64,000 bases of DNA from Candidatus Methanoperedenaceae archaeon (GCA_963753595.1 CAVWCX010000007.1:1-64000); one strand, 5' to 3'; numbered from the stretch's first letter, positions 28,221 through 39,165 are shown. The notes: generated by a model not told the origin, from the letters alone. Program-made: numbers and translations.

Positions 28221-29216
28221 ATGAAGCTTGATGGATCTTATGGTGAAGGAGGGGGCCAGATATTACGAACAGCTGTTGCGCTTTCTGCCGTCACGGGAAA
28301 TCCTGTTGAAATAGAAAATATACGTAAGGGAAGACCAAAACCAGGGCTTTCTCCACAGCATGTCAGGGCAGTGGAAGGGCTGGCCAGGATATGCGATGCG
28401 CAGGTTTCAGGGTGTTGCCTCCAATCCACAAGGATCAGTTTCACACCCGGAAAGATAAGTGGTGGAAATTATAGTGTTGATATCGGTACTGCTGGCAGCA
28501 TATCGCTTTTTCTCCAGTGCCTTATGCCTGCACTTATGCATGCAGAAGGCGCAATAAGGATAAAGATCACGGGTGGAACTGATGTCCAGTGGTCTCCTTC
28601 AATTGATTATATGAGATTTGTAACACTTTTCGCCCTGGGAAAGATGGGATATAAATGCGAAATTAGTTTGATCAAAAGAGGATATTATCCCAGGGGAGGG
28701 GGTTGCGTTGAAGCAATAATCACTCCATCGAACCTCAATAATATGAATTTTGATACAAACCAGTGTGCTATTGTTGAAGGGATTTCCCATTCATCCGGTC
28801 TTCCATCCCATGTTTCACAAAGACAGGCGGATTCAGCACAAAAACTTTTAAATGACGAGGGCTACAATTCAAAGATATCAACCGAAGTGAACGATCATCC
28901 TTCTACAGGAAGCGGCATTACCCTGTGGTGCGGCACCGTTGGGGGGATCGCCCTCGGAAAACCGGGTTTGAAAGCAGAAAAAGTTGGCGCAATTGCAGCC
29001 GAAGCTTTGCTCAATGAAGTAAGACCAGGCGCGGGCGTTGATGAATACCTCGCAGACCAGTTGATCCCCTATATGGCGCTGGCTGGAGGAGGTTCTTTCA
29101 CCACGCGGATAATTTCCATGCACACAAAGACCAATATCTGGGTGACAGAGCAGTTCCTGCCTGTGAAATTCAAAATCGAGAAAATAGAAAACGGGTTATT
29201 CAAAGTCTGGATCTAA
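28221..29216 (+). CDS. rtcA: RNA 3'-terminal phosphate cyclase
   Basis: DGSYGEGGGQILRTA, RPKPGL..QH, GGTDV, RGYYPRGGG, LADQLIP, HTKTN. Confidence 0.95.
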   Translation: MKLDGSYGEGGGQILRTAVALSAVTGNPVEIENIRKGRPKPGLSPQHVRAVEGLARICDAQVSGCCLQSTRISFTPGKISGGNYSVDIGTAGSISLFLQCLMPALMHAEGAIRIKITGGTDVQWSPSIDYMRFVTLFALGKMGYKCEISLIKRGYYPRGGGCVEAIITPSNLNNMNFDTNQCAIVEGISHSSGLPSHVSQRQADSAQKLLNDEGYNSKISTEVNDHPSTGSGITLWCGTVGGIALGKPGLKAEKVGAIAAEALLNEVRPGAGVDEYLADQLIPYMALAGGGSFTTRIISMHTKTNIWVTEQFLPVKFKIEKIENGLFKVWI

Positions 29217-29833
29217 TCCTGCTTCACACTGAGGTACTGCGGCGGGATCTCATCAGCAAGTACAATATTTTCGGTAGCAGAAAGAATGGTCACTCCTTCA
29301 TCCTGTGCCAATTCTGCGTTAACTACAAGTAAAACCGGGTCTTCAGTATGGATCTTTGCTACTTCTATTGCTTTTTCGGCTGATGTACTCAGGTGAACAT
29401 ACCTCTGCCTCATAGGTCTTATTCCTTTTTCAAGCAGTATGTCCACCTCTTCCCTGCTTGCGCCGTAATACAGTTCAGGAAGGAGATTTTCATCATAATC
29501 AAGGTCAACATCCACGGAATGACCATATCGCGCCCTGATCTTTGTTCCTTTTATTTCATACCTGCCTTTCTCATCAGATTCGATTATCGAAAAAAGCTTT
29601 TCCTTGTTAGCCCATTTATACCGCGTTACCATGGCATCCACAAGCACATCAACACCTACCCAGCCGTGCTGGTTCATGGCAAGCCCCAGGTCATCCGGGA
29701 AATGCCGCAACGCGCCTGAGATGAACCGGCCAAGCCTTTCTGTCTGCTCATCGTTAAGCATGAGCGTCCCTGCTTCACCACATGCGCATGCGTCTCCCCT
29801 AAAGAACCCGTGATTCTGGCATTTCTTGATCAT
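29213..29833 (-). CDS. kptA: RNA 2'-phosphotransferase (Tpt1/KptA)
   Basis: SGALRHFP, KGRYE, IRARYGHS, RQRYVHLS; N-terminal C..HG.F zinc motif. Confidence 0.93.
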   Translation of the reverse strand: MIKKCQNHGFFRGDACACGEAGTLMLNDEQTERLGRFISGALRHFPDDLGLAMNQHGWVGVDVLVDAMVTRYKWANKEKLFSIIESDEKGRYEIKGTKIRARYGHSVDVDLDYDENLLPELYYGASREEVDILLEKGIRPMRQRYVHLSTSAEKAIEVAKIHTEDPVLLVVNAELAQDEGVTILSATENIVLADEIPPQYLSVKQD

Positions 29834-29883
29834 TTCTAGTGTGTATAGGAATCACTTTGTTATATATTTTACCAAACAATGCC

Positions 29884-30123
29884 CTAGCTGTTCTTCAGGG
29901 CTTTTCGTATGTCCATATTGGCATTTTCAAGTTTAGGAACTTCTGTTGTGAGACTGCTCATCTCCTGTTCCCTTTTTTTTGCAGCGGGAGACTTGCTTTT
30001 CTCATTGCAATCTTCGCATCTGTATCCCAACACTACCAGTCTTTGTGAATAGACCGGATACATTTTCTTGCCATGAAATCCCGTTTTGCAGCTAATGCAC
30101 GTGTCCTGGTCGTTATTTTTCAT
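29884..30123 (-). CDS. Small zinc-finger hypothetical protein
   Basis: CISC and CEDC pairs; translationally adjacent to the UPF0179 gene. Confidence 0.65.
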   Translation of the reverse strand: MKNNDQDTCISCKTGFHGKKMYPVYSQRLVVLGYRCEDCNEKSKSPAAKKREQEMSSLTTEVPKLENANMDIRKALKNS

Positions 30124-30124
30124 C

Positions 30125-30574
30125 TTATCTTTTAACCTCCACGATCTTCATTGAATAACCTTTCCTGCATGATTCGACGACATCATCCTCAACATCAGTG
30201 ATTACAAATTTATCACCTGTCTGCAATCCTGATGGCCGGCAAATTGGATAATTTTCGCAATCCTGGTTATTGCATGGCGGCTGCTCAAAAACTATTTTTG
30301 AACCTTTTATTGCTTTCCTTGATTCAATAGCCATCCTGATAGGGGCTTCTATAACTTCCACTGCGAAAACACCGGAATCATGCACAAAACATTCAAGCTT
30401 TGACGAATTCCTAATACTCACGATTTTATATCTGCTTCCCGGATTAAGGCTCAGGCACGTTTTATTGAGTTTACATGGCTGGCATTCTTTTGCTGCACTT
30501 TTAAAAATAAATTCATTCCCTGCTTTTGCAAGCCTTGTTCCTATCAATGTTATTATTGTATCCGATTCTTCCAT
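30125..30574 (-). CDS. UPF0179 family protein
   Basis: ITLIGTRLAK.G.EF, C..C.L..C..L..G..Y.I, C.VH; Cys-rich C-terminus. Confidence 0.88.
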   Translation of the reverse strand: MEESDTIITLIGTRLAKAGNEFIFKSAAKECQPCKLNKTCLSLNPGSRYKIVSIRNSSKLECFVHDSGVFAVEVIEAPIRMAIESRKAIKGSKIVFEQPPCNNQDCENYPICRPSGLQTGDKFVITDVEDDVVESCRKGYSMKIVEVKR

Positions 30575-30624
30575 AAAATTTCACCTGATTTTATATTATT
30601 TGTTATTATTTGATTGTAATTTTA

Positions 30625-31698
30625 TTATTTTGGGATCACTTTTGTAATTTTTGCAACTTTTTCGGCTGCTTCCCTGGTTAATCCCGTGCCAAGTATAGTG
30701 TATCTCTCAGGACGAATATTATGGGCATGAAGGAGTGCTTTTATAATATACTCTTCCTCTATCCCGAGTTCGGAAGCATTTGTGGGTGCTCCAATTGACT
30801 TAAGGGCTGTCCTGATCTCCTGCCAGTTCCCGCCGTGAAGGTACATCATCATAATAGTTCCCACACCGCACTGTTCGCCATGAAGCGCAGGTTTTGGAGC
30901 GATCTCATCAAGCGCGTGGCTGAACTTGTGTTCAGAACCGCTGGCAGGACGCGAAGAACCGGCTATACTCATAGCTACACCGCTTGCCACAAGCGCTTTC
31001 ATCACAGTCCACGCAGACTCTTCAAGACCCGGTTTTATCAGTTCTGCCGATTCAATAAGTATTTTTGCTGTAAGCTTTGAGATGATGGATGCATATTCGC
31101 TGAATGGTTCGTCGCGAAGCCTGTGGGCGAGTTCCCAATCACGTACTGCAGTATAATTGGAAATGATATCGCCACATCCTGATGCAAGTAAGCGGTAAGG
31201 TGCCTGGGCGATAATAGATGTATCCGCAACGACCCCAAGAGGGGTATGTGCGGCTTCGGAAACTGTTTTGTTATCCCTTATAATCGATGCTCTTGAGGAG
31301 ACGATGCCATCATGCGATGCAGCGGTCGGGACACTGATGAAAGGGACATCAAGATGCATGGAAGCAAGCTTGGCAATGTCTATGGATTTTCCCCCTCCTA
31401 CACCCAGCAAAAACGAAGCATGGGCATCACGGGCAAGATCTTCTACTTTTTGTACCTCATCAAGCGTGGGTTTTTCAACGATTGTCGTATTAACATTAAA
31501 CCCTGAATCTTCAAGTGAGACAGCAACTGTTTTTCCTGCAGTATTGCGCGTTGTGGCTCCGGCAACTATCAGCGTGTTCCCATTAAGTTTAAGGTCTTTA
31601 CAGACCTTACCTGTGTCATTGATCACACCATGACCTACAACCACATTCCTGGGCAGCTGCATCCATTTGTTTTTATGGTTTTCTTTAGTTTCTTTCAT
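30625..31698 (-). CDS. egsA: sn-glycerol-1-phosphate dehydrogenase
   Basis: [41 protein letters not shown]. Confidence 0.95.
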   Translation of the reverse strand: MKETKENHKNKWMQLPRNVVVGHGVINDTGKVCKDLKLNGNTLIVAGATTRNTAGKTVAVSLEDSGFNVNTTIVEKPTLDEVQKVEDLARDAHASFLLGVGGGKSIDIAKLASMHLDVPFISVPTAASHDGIVSSRASIIRDNKTVSEAAHTPLGVVADTSIIAQAPYRLLASGCGDIISNYTAVRDWELAHRLRDEPFSEYASIISKLTAKILIESAELIKPGLEESAWTVMKALVASGVAMSIAGSSRPASGSEHKFSHALDEIAPKPALHGEQCGVGTIMMMYLHGGNWQEIRTALKSIGAPTNASELGIEEEYIIKALLHAHNIRPERYTILGTGLTREAAEKVAKITKVIPK

Positions 31699-31709
31699 AA
31701 GGATTCAAT

Positions 31710-32570
31710 ATGAGTATAATAGATAGCGTCTGGCATTATATAGATAAGTATTACTTAAGCGGCATAATCAACGACACTTCTTATAATCCTGTGGATACGC
31801 TCACTTATGCAATCGTGCTTGGTATAAGCCTTTTTGGGGTCTTAAAGTTATTGGAAAAACTCAGCGTGAAGATCGATACCCGGTTCATGATCTCAATAAC
31901 GCCATATATCATTGCCGGGTCAGCTCTTCGCGTGCTGGAAGATTCAAAAGTATTTGCCCCTCCGTTGAAGTATCTATTTGTAACACCGATAATCTATTTT
32001 TTCATGTTCGCGGTGACTGTAAGCATTCTTGTGATCGCAATTTACCTTGAGCGAAAAGGAAAGATCAGGGATTATCATACTTTTTTTGGATATGCGGGGG
32101 CAGCATGGGCATTATTAAACATCGGCGCGCTGCTGGCGGCTGGCAGTATTGAGAATCCATATCCTGCTGCTGTAATAATGGTTTTAGGCATAGTATCGAC
32201 AGGTATTGTATATTTAATATCCCGTCAACTAAATTTCACACTCCTGACAGATAAGGTCAACATATCAATTCTTTTTACCCATCTTCTTGATGCTTCATCA
32301 ACATTTATTGGCATGGATTGGCTCAATTATTATGAAAAGCATGTTGCTCCAACATTTTTTATTGACCTTGCGGGCAATTTTACAGATCATCCTTCCTTAG
32401 TTATGTTCCCGCTAAAATTGCTGGTATTCATACCAGTTCTATATATGCTTGATAACAAATTAGAAGACGAAAAAGAAAAAAAGCTTATAAGTATAATGAA
32501 ACTTGCAATATTAGTGCTGGGGCTTTCTCCTGCTGTCCGGAACACGCTCAGGATCCTTATGGGGGTATAA
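31710..32570 (+). CDS. DUF63 family membrane protein
   Basis: YNPVDT, GSALRVLED, TP.IY, HLLDASST, YYEKHV, LGLSPAVR. Confidence 0.85.
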   Translation: MSIIDSVWHYIDKYYLSGIINDTSYNPVDTLTYAIVLGISLFGVLKLLEKLSVKIDTRFMISITPYIIAGSALRVLEDSKVFAPPLKYLFVTPIIYFFMFAVTVSILVIAIYLERKGKIRDYHTFFGYAGAAWALLNIGALLAAGSIENPYPAAVIMVLGIVSTGIVYLISRQLNFTLLTDKVNISILFTHLLDASSTFIGMDWLNYYEKHVAPTFFIDLAGNFTDHPSLVMFPLKLLVFIPVLYMLDNKLEDEKEKKLISIMKLAILVLGLSPAVRNTLRILMGV

Positions 32571-32571
32571 A

Positions 32572-33156
32572 ATGGAAAGAGAATTAAAGTACATCAAATC
32601 TTCATGGAAGTACATATTAATAATCACCGGCATTTTCATATTTTCGTTACTTGCAGGATTGCTGGTATCTTTGAAGGATCTGGGACTGTCGGAAAATTAT
32701 CTTGAAATTTTAAAAAATTCGTTTGGCTGGATAAAAATTCTTTCCCCGATCGAAATGATGCTTGTTATTTTCCTGAACAATGCTGTTAAAAGCCTTTTTT
32801 CGATCGTGCTTGGCGCAGGTTTAGGAATAATTCCCATAATATTCATTGGTGGAAATGGGATTATATTAGGTGTGATCGCGAATGAAGTTTCAAAGCAACA
32901 GGGGATCATTTTTGTACTTGCTGCACTTTTGCCGCACGGTATTATAGAAGTTCCTATGGTATTGATCAGCGCTGGCCTGGGACTTCGCCTTGGATATTCT
33001 ATGTATATTTCCATGAAAGGCGAAAAGAGAGATATGAGATATGAGTTAACTGAGAGTTTACATATATTCATGAGAATAATTATGCCCCTCCTGTTCGTTT
33101 CTGCAATGATCGAGACTTTTGTGACACCGTTGGTTGTTTTGTGGGTTTCCGGTTAA
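32572..33156 (+). CDS. SpoIIM/DUF95 family membrane protein
   Basis: IFLNN, NG..LG, LPHGIIE, SAMIETFVTP. Confidence 0.88.
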   Translation: MERELKYIKSSWKYILIITGIFIFSLLAGLLVSLKDLGLSENYLEILKNSFGWIKILSPIEMMLVIFLNNAVKSLFSIVLGAGLGIIPIIFIGGNGIILGVIANEVSKQQGIIFVLAALLPHGIIEVPMVLISAGLGLRLGYSMYISMKGEKRDMRYELTESLHIFMRIIMPLLFVSAMIETFVTPLVVLWVSG

Positions 33157-33327
33157 AATCTGGCCATTCATGGTGTTTCAAATAGTTTATTGGTGGCTTT
33201 GATATCTACCATGAATAATAATTAATGATCTCGAAAGTTATATATACTTTTGATTTATAATTATATGAGATTATGGTATTCTATTCCTTTGATGGATAGA
33301 ATTTACATTTGATGGAGGAATTAGATA

Positions 33328-33663
33328 ATGAGTAATAGTAAGACTGCATTAGGTATTGATGAAAATATAGAAGGTCTACTGTGTTATGTTCTGGGATTTA
33401 TAACCGGAATATTATTTCTGGTTCTGGAAAAGGATAATAAATTTGTGAGATTCCATGCAATGCAATCAATAGCGACTTTTCTAATTATTTTTGTGATTTC
33501 AATGGTTATTAGATTTATTCCGGTCATCGGATGGGTGCTCTCACCTATAATTGGATTGGTGGCATTAATTCTCTGGTTATTATTGATGTTCAAGGCATAT
33601 AAAGGAGAGAAATATAAATTACCAATAGCAGGCGATTTTGCAGAAAAGCAGGTCAGTATATAA
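33328..33663 (+). CDS. DUF4870/UPF0132 (Tic20-like) membrane protein
   Basis: ENIEGLLCY, FVRFHAMQS, KAYKGE.YKLP..G. Confidence 0.88.
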   Translation: MSNSKTALGIDENIEGLLCYVLGFITGILFLVLEKDNKFVRFHAMQSIATFLIIFVISMVIRFIPVIGWVLSPIIGLVALILWLLLMFKAYKGEKYKLPIAGDFAEKQVSI

Positions 33664-33917
33664 TTTGAATTATCCGGCCTGATAATTTTTTAATCCGATA
33701 TTGCGCCGGGGTTGCGACCCCAGACCCCGGTGAGGCGCCGCCGATGGCGGAGTTTAACATGATATGAACGGTTAAAGAATAGACATCACTCCACACTTGT
33801 AAGAGAAATCGAGAAAAATAAATAGTATCTGCTGTACACCAAACTTTTTGACAACCTCTAAAATCAGTATTTTTCAGGTGTCATCATATATATACTTCCA
33901 TCACCAACTCAGGAACC

Positions 33918-35792
33918 ATGCCCCATTATCTTGGCGAACTCCTGTTATACTGGTGTCCTGCCTGCAATCTTCCAGTGCTTGGAAAAACCTGTGATTGCGG
34001 CGAGGTTACAAAAAAAATCGAAATAACACCTCCGGGTGACATAAGACCAGCTTTCCCGTATGATATAGACCTCATCAACAGGGCAACAGAGAAACAATTT
34101 GGCCTCAAACTCATTCCCGAAGGCCATCTTGTAGTCCTGAACAAGGCCCCTTATGAAGACAGGATGGATGAAGTGATTTTTGACGGCGCTATCATGGGTT
34201 CTATCCGCTTTGAACTTGAGAAAATGGATTGGGTATTCATTCCCAGGCTTGAGGGGGCAAGGCGTCTTGTTAATGGGACAAAATGCATAGTTATTGATAA
34301 AGGCGCTGTTAATTTTATTATGAAAGGTGCATCTGTGCTTGCTCCGGGTGTTAACGATGCCAATCCCGGAATTGTTGAGGAAGACGAGGTAATTATCCTG
34401 ACGCCTGAAAATGAAGTGATAGCCACGGGCAGGGCAAGGATGAGCGCGCAAAGGATGCTCACTCATGAAAAGGGAATGGCTGTAAAAACACGGTGGCACG
34501 ATAAACCACGAGATTTAGAGCAGCCAGGGGAACAGGCAAAAACATGGGATGATGCCGTCCAGGCAAATATCCAGATTCTTCGGAAAAAGGAAGAAAAGGC
34601 ACACAGTTTCATAAAAAACGTGGTTGAGACCCAAAAAAAACCTGTGACAGTTTCATTTTCCGGCGGAAAAGACAGTCTTGTAACGCTGCTTCTTGTGCGT
34701 GATACATTAACGGAATTTGATATCCTGTTCGCTGATACTGGCCTGGAATTTTCTGAAACCGTGGATAATGTGAAACAAACCGCAAAGGAGCTTTCTTTGC
34801 CCTTGAAAATCCATTCATCAGGTGATTCTTTCTGGCAGTCAATAGATAATTTCGGGCCGCCCACCGTGGAAGCAAGATGGTGCTGCAAAGTATGCAAGCT
34901 CGGTGCGATCACTCAGGTCATCGAACAGAACTATGAGAACGGATGCCTCACATTTATCGGGCAGAGAAAATACGAAAGCCAGATAAGGGCCAACAGCGAG
35001 CATATCTGGAAAAACCCTTCTGTCGGGAACCAGATAGGAGCTACCCCGATCCAGAACTGGACTGCGCTTCATGTCTGGCTCTACCTTTTCTGGAAAAAAG
35101 CAAAATACAATCCACTCTATGAAGAGGGATTTGACAGGATCGGATGCTGGCTTTGCCCTTCGGCAAGCATGGCTGATTTCTCAAGATTGTCCCAGATACA
35201 TCCTGAATTGAGTGAAAAGCTTGAAAAATACCTAAAAAGTTATGCCTCCCGCAACGGATTATCCGATGAATGGGTAAAATACGGCTTCTGGCGCTGGCAG
35301 GTCCTTCCTAAATCAATAGGCATGATCGCGGAAAAGCTGGGGATCAACATTATCCCGACAAGTGAAAAAAAACCCGCGCAATTCACATTGACCTCAGGAT
35401 ACCGCCCATGCAAAGCAGGAGGCATCACCGCAGAAGGAAGTTTCGGGACGCCTTTGAATCTTTCACTTATTGAAGAATCAGGTTTCATGAACCTGATAGG
35501 TGAAACAAATTCAATTGACGGTGTGATCCTTGCATCGCGAGATGAGAATAATGTTCATGTATATGCAAGCGGGACAGTGGTAGCAAGAGGCGGGAATGAA
35601 GATGAAGCCAGGGAATTAATCCAGCTTGCAGAGAAGACGATACGCAGGGCGGTATTATGCACCGGCTGCGGCGTGTGTGTGGGTAAGTGCACGGCGCGGG
35701 CGGTAAGCGTTAATGGGACTGCAAGGATAAGTGAGAAATGCACCAGGTGCGGAAAATGCACATGGTCATGTCCTGTGGTGAAGTTCGGGTAA
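33918..35792 (+). CDS. Phosphoadenosine phosphosulfate reductase family protein with PUA and C-terminal 4Fe-4S domains
   Basis: PUA (GASVLAPGV), SFSGGKDS, DTGLEF, RWCCKVCK, RIGCWLCP, two ferredoxin CxxCxxC motifs. Confidence 0.88.
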   Translation: MPHYLGELLLYWCPACNLPVLGKTCDCGEVTKKIEITPPGDIRPAFPYDIDLINRATEKQFGLKLIPEGHLVVLNKAPYEDRMDEVIFDGAIMGSIRFELEKMDWVFIPRLEGARRLVNGTKCIVIDKGAVNFIMKGASVLAPGVNDANPGIVEEDEVIILTPENEVIATGRARMSAQRMLTHEKGMAVKTRWHDKPRDLEQPGEQAKTWDDAVQANIQILRKKEEKAHSFIKNVVETQKKPVTVSFSGGKDSLVTLLLVRDTLTEFDILFADTGLEFSETVDNVKQTAKELSLPLKIHSSGDSFWQSIDNFGPPTVEARWCCKVCKLGAITQVIEQNYENGCLTFIGQRKYESQIRANSEHIWKNPSVGNQIGATPIQNWTALHVWLYLFWKKAKYNPLYEEGFDRIGCWLCPSASMADFSRLSQIHPELSEKLEKYLKSYASRNGLSDEWVKYGFWRWQVLPKSIGMIAEKLGINIIPTSEKKPAQFTLTSGYRPCKAGGITAEGSFGTPLNLSLIEESGFMNLIGETNSIDGVILASRDENNVHVYASGTVVARGGNEDEARELIQLAEKTIRRAVLCTGCGVCVGKCTARAVSVNGTARISEKCTRCGKCTWSCPVVKFG

Positions 35793-35873
35793 TATTTGCA
35801 GTTAATTTATTTGTAAAAACATTTAATAACCATTAATTACTAATATTGTCTAAAATAGTAATTATTAGTAATC

Positions 35874-37199
35874 ATGAGAATTCCTGAAAAACCACCGTCA
35901 TCCCAAATTGAAGATAACGAGTTTGATGAGATTAAAAAATACATGGGGAACGACGCATACAAGCAAGCGATTTTAGATATCTATAATAGATATTTGTACT
36001 GGTCAGAATTAAAGCATAAAACGATTTCTCAACAAATCAGACCTGAAATTTTATGGAAAATAACTAAAATCGCGAGAAATTCTCACCCCGAAATAATTAA
36101 ATTAGATATTAATGGGTTTGAATTCAGATATAATTTGACGCCATATATTTACAGAAAACTCCATGAATTTGATCTAAATTTAGGGGGAAAACTTGAAGGA
36201 GATATTATCCCGGAAGAAAATAAGAAGCAATATTTGATCGATTCGATCATGGAAGAAGCAATTGCCTCAAGCCAGTTGGAGGGGGCGGTTACTACAAGGG
36301 AACGGGCAAAATCTATGCTGAGGCAGGAAAGAAAACCAGGAAATAAATCCGAAAAAATGATCCTGAATAATTATAATACTATTAAAAAAATAAAACCATT
36401 AAAAAATAAAAAGCTTACTCCCGGATTAATTCGCGAAATACATGCCTCTATCACAAAAGATACCCTGGATGATCCATGCAATGAAGGAAAATATCGAACT
36501 GCAAACGATATTTCTGTTGTCAATTCAAAAGGAGATATTGTTTATCATCCGCCAGACCATCAAAATATTGATAGATTGATGGATGTCTTCTGTAATTTTG
36601 CAAATGAAAGTGACGAGACAAGGTTCATTCATCCAATAATTAGAGCTTCCATATTGCATTTCCTGATCGGGTATATTCATCCTTTTGTTGATGGGAATGG
36701 AAGAACAGCACGAGCGATTTTCTATTGGTACCTCCTTTCAAGAGATTACTGGTTAATAGAGTATATGTCTATTTCAAGAATTATTATCAAATCCCGTGCA
36801 CAATATGCCAGAGCATATTTATATTCCGAATTTGATGAAAATGATCTTACATATTTCATAATATATCAGATAAAAACAACAGAATCGGCATTTCAGGATC
36901 TTAAGAATTATATTGCCAGGAAAATCCATGAAAAAACTGAACTTTATGATTTCAGGAAAATAAAAAATATAAATGAAAGACAAATTTACATATTAAAATT
37001 TTTATCAGATAATGCTAAATTTACATTTACAATAAAGGAGATACAAAATAGATTTAACACTGCTTATGAAACAGCAAGAAAAGACATTATGGGTCTGGAA
37101 GATAAGGGTCTATTAGAAAAATCAACATCCGGAAAAAAGAAACTGGTTTATTATCGCTCATCAGGATTTGACGAGATTCTCAAAAAATTAATTCATTAA
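35874..37199 (+). CDS. Fic family protein (adenylyltransferase-like) with C-terminal HTH
   Basis: HPFVDGNGRTAR active site; N-terminal inhibitory motif SSQLEG; AT-rich relative to flanks. Confidence 0.93.
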   Translation: MRIPEKPPSSQIEDNEFDEIKKYMGNDAYKQAILDIYNRYLYWSELKHKTISQQIRPEILWKITKIARNSHPEIIKLDINGFEFRYNLTPYIYRKLHEFDLNLGGKLEGDIIPEENKKQYLIDSIMEEAIASSQLEGAVTTRERAKSMLRQERKPGNKSEKMILNNYNTIKKIKPLKNKKLTPGLIREIHASITKDTLDDPCNEGKYRTANDISVVNSKGDIVYHPPDHQNIDRLMDVFCNFANESDETRFIHPIIRASILHFLIGYIHPFVDGNGRTARAIFYWYLLSRDYWLIEYMSISRIIIKSRAQYARAYLYSEFDENDLTYFIIYQIKTTESAFQDLKNYIARKIHEKTELYDFRKIKNINERQIYILKFLSDNAKFTFTIKEIQNRFNTAYETARKDIMGLEDKGLLEKSTSGKKKLVYYRSSGFDEILKKLIH

Positions 37200-37200
37200 A

Positions 37201-39165
37201 TTATAGTTCCTTCACCCTCGACTCACCCGGCGGCAGGAACATCGCTATCCTGTCCGGCGAAGCTATCGTTTTAATAAGCTTTTTGTCCTCGAACTTATCA
37301 TTGAGCAAACGGTATATCTTCTTTGAAATGTCATTCTGGTTGAACCCGCCAGGCTCAACCTGCAGGACGAATTGGGCTGTTTTCTTAACTGCGCTCACAG
37401 GTCCTCCGATCAGCCTTTTCTCCTCGCCAAGCTCAAGACCAAGCGCCGCGCCCAGCATTATATCCTTGAAATAATTTCGCTTTCCGCGTATCACGAAAGC
37501 GCCTTTTGCCACATACTCACCTGATTCAGGTGTCTTTGATATCTGCTCAGGGAGCACCCAGTAGGCATCCCCGCTTACCTGCCCTGATTTCCAGATGCCG
37601 GAATATGAAACCGTGAACTGTGCGGCTTCAAGGAGTGTGGTTTCAGGCACCTCTTTTCCTTCTGTTTTAATTACAACAGCAGGCGAGCCTGAAACATGGG
37701 CATGGAAGAAAATATCCTTTTTCTGGAGATATTTTTTCACGATATCCTCGTTACTCTGGGCATCCCTTCCCCCCACAACAAGGAACCCATCAGATGAGAA
37801 AAACCACCTGAATTGCTCAAACCACTTCTGTTTTGGTTTCTGGATCTTCTTATTTATTCTGGGGGCTTCTTTTTTCCCTGTCAATTTCTTTGTTTCTTCT
37901 ATTGCAGTAAGCGCTCCTTTTATCTTTCCTGATAATTTTTTTGACCTGTCGTAATAGACCTGGGAATTCTGGGTTACAGGGAGCCGGACATCAAGTTCTA
38001 CTTCCTCATTACCCAGCATCACGTTTATCAGGCCTTTTCCCTGATTAATGGATTTTAATATTTTTGCTTCAGGCATATCAGATTGTTTCAATATGTTCTT
38101 GATATCATCCCATGAATACCCTTTCTCTCTGGCATTATTGATGACCTTTAAGATCCCATCGCATGTCTGGTAATGCGCATAGATCAATTCCCCTTTATGA
38201 ACAAGCTTCTGCTCATCTTCCCTGAATTTGGCCAGAGTCAGGATCTGTTTCTGGAGCCGGTATTCGTATGAACTTGTTTTTTCTTCCTTTGCTGCTTTTA
38301 CAACTTTGACAGCTTCGTTTTTCTTTTTTGCCTCGCTGCTGAAATATTCATCAAGCGCCTCATTGAAGGTGGTAAAAGATATCTTTTCGTTTTTCTCATA
38401 CAGTGAGATCGGGAAAGGAAGCACATCTATTTTTATCCCGTCTTTCAGGATAATTTGTGGTTTAAGTTCTGTGCTTAGCGGTTTAAAAACATCTGTTAAC
38501 GCATTTTGCAGCGAAGCCAGGTCTTTTATATCCCTCGCAGGGGTATTTTTTTCAATACCGGCCCGAATGCACAGCTCTTCTGCATACTGGCCTCCCAGGT
38601 TCATTTTTGTTGCCACTGTCCTGACGATGTCCGCATCAGAATGCGCGAACATTTCTTTCAGTTGCTCCTTGGTTGCAGTGATCGGACTGATCTGTGCTGC
38701 AGGTAACTCATAAGGCTCGCCTCCACGGACTTTCCTGTCCCTGAAGCTTATGGATTTTAATGGCAGTATTATCTGCTTTCCAGAGTTCAATAAAACGATA
38801 TTTCCCCTGGAAAATAGTTCTATGATGAGGATGGTCTTATCCTCGCCGCGCTGGATATGCATCTCGATTATCCTGTCAAAATCATACTGTGAAACGTCTG
38901 TTATCCTCCCTCCTGTCAGGTGTTTACGCAGAAGCATCGGGAATGACTGCGGGAACTTCGGGGCTATCTCAGGGTTTTTCGTAAGATGAAAGCGTTTTCC
39001 TGCTTCAATGACAAGATTTGTCCTTCCTTCTTTGAAAATATGTAGTCCTATCCGTATCTCATCCGGTGAATGCTGGTATATCTTTGTGATCTTGGCATCA
39101 AGAAGACGGGGATGCAACTCCCTTACCAGCGCTGCAACGTCCACGCTTGACATTTCCTGTTTCAT
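37201..39165 (-). CDS. rqcH: Ribosome rescue protein Rqc2/RqcH (NEMF/FbpA family)
   Basis: MSSVDV, F.MLLRKHL, FDRI, WFEQFRWF.SSDG.LV.GGRDA..N, SGEY..KG.F.IRG. Confidence 0.93.
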   Translation of the reverse strand: MKQEMSSVDVAALVRELHPRLLDAKITKIYQHSPDEIRIGLHIFKEGRTNLVIEAGKRFHLTKNPEIAPKFPQSFPMLLRKHLTGGRITDVSQYDFDRIIEMHIQRGEDKTILIIELFSRGNIVLLNSGKQIILPLKSISFRDRKVRGGEPYELPAAQISPITATKEQLKEMFAHSDADIVRTVATKMNLGGQYAEELCIRAGIEKNTPARDIKDLASLQNALTDVFKPLSTELKPQIILKDGIKIDVLPFPISLYEKNEKISFTTFNEALDEYFSSEAKKKNEAVKVVKAAKEEKTSSYEYRLQKQILTLAKFREDEQKLVHKGELIYAHYQTCDGILKVINNAREKGYSWDDIKNILKQSDMPEAKILKSINQGKGLINVMLGNEEVELDVRLPVTQNSQVYYDRSKKLSGKIKGALTAIEETKKLTGKKEAPRINKKIQKPKQKWFEQFRWFFSSDGFLVVGGRDAQSNEDIVKKYLQKKDIFFHAHVSGSPAVVIKTEGKEVPETTLLEAAQFTVSYSGIWKSGQVSGDAYWVLPEQISKTPESGEYVAKGAFVIRGKRNYFKDIMLGAALGLELGEEKRLIGGPVSAVKKTAQFVLQVEPGGFNQNDISKKIYRLLNDKFEDKKLIKTIASPDRIAMFLPPGESRVKEL

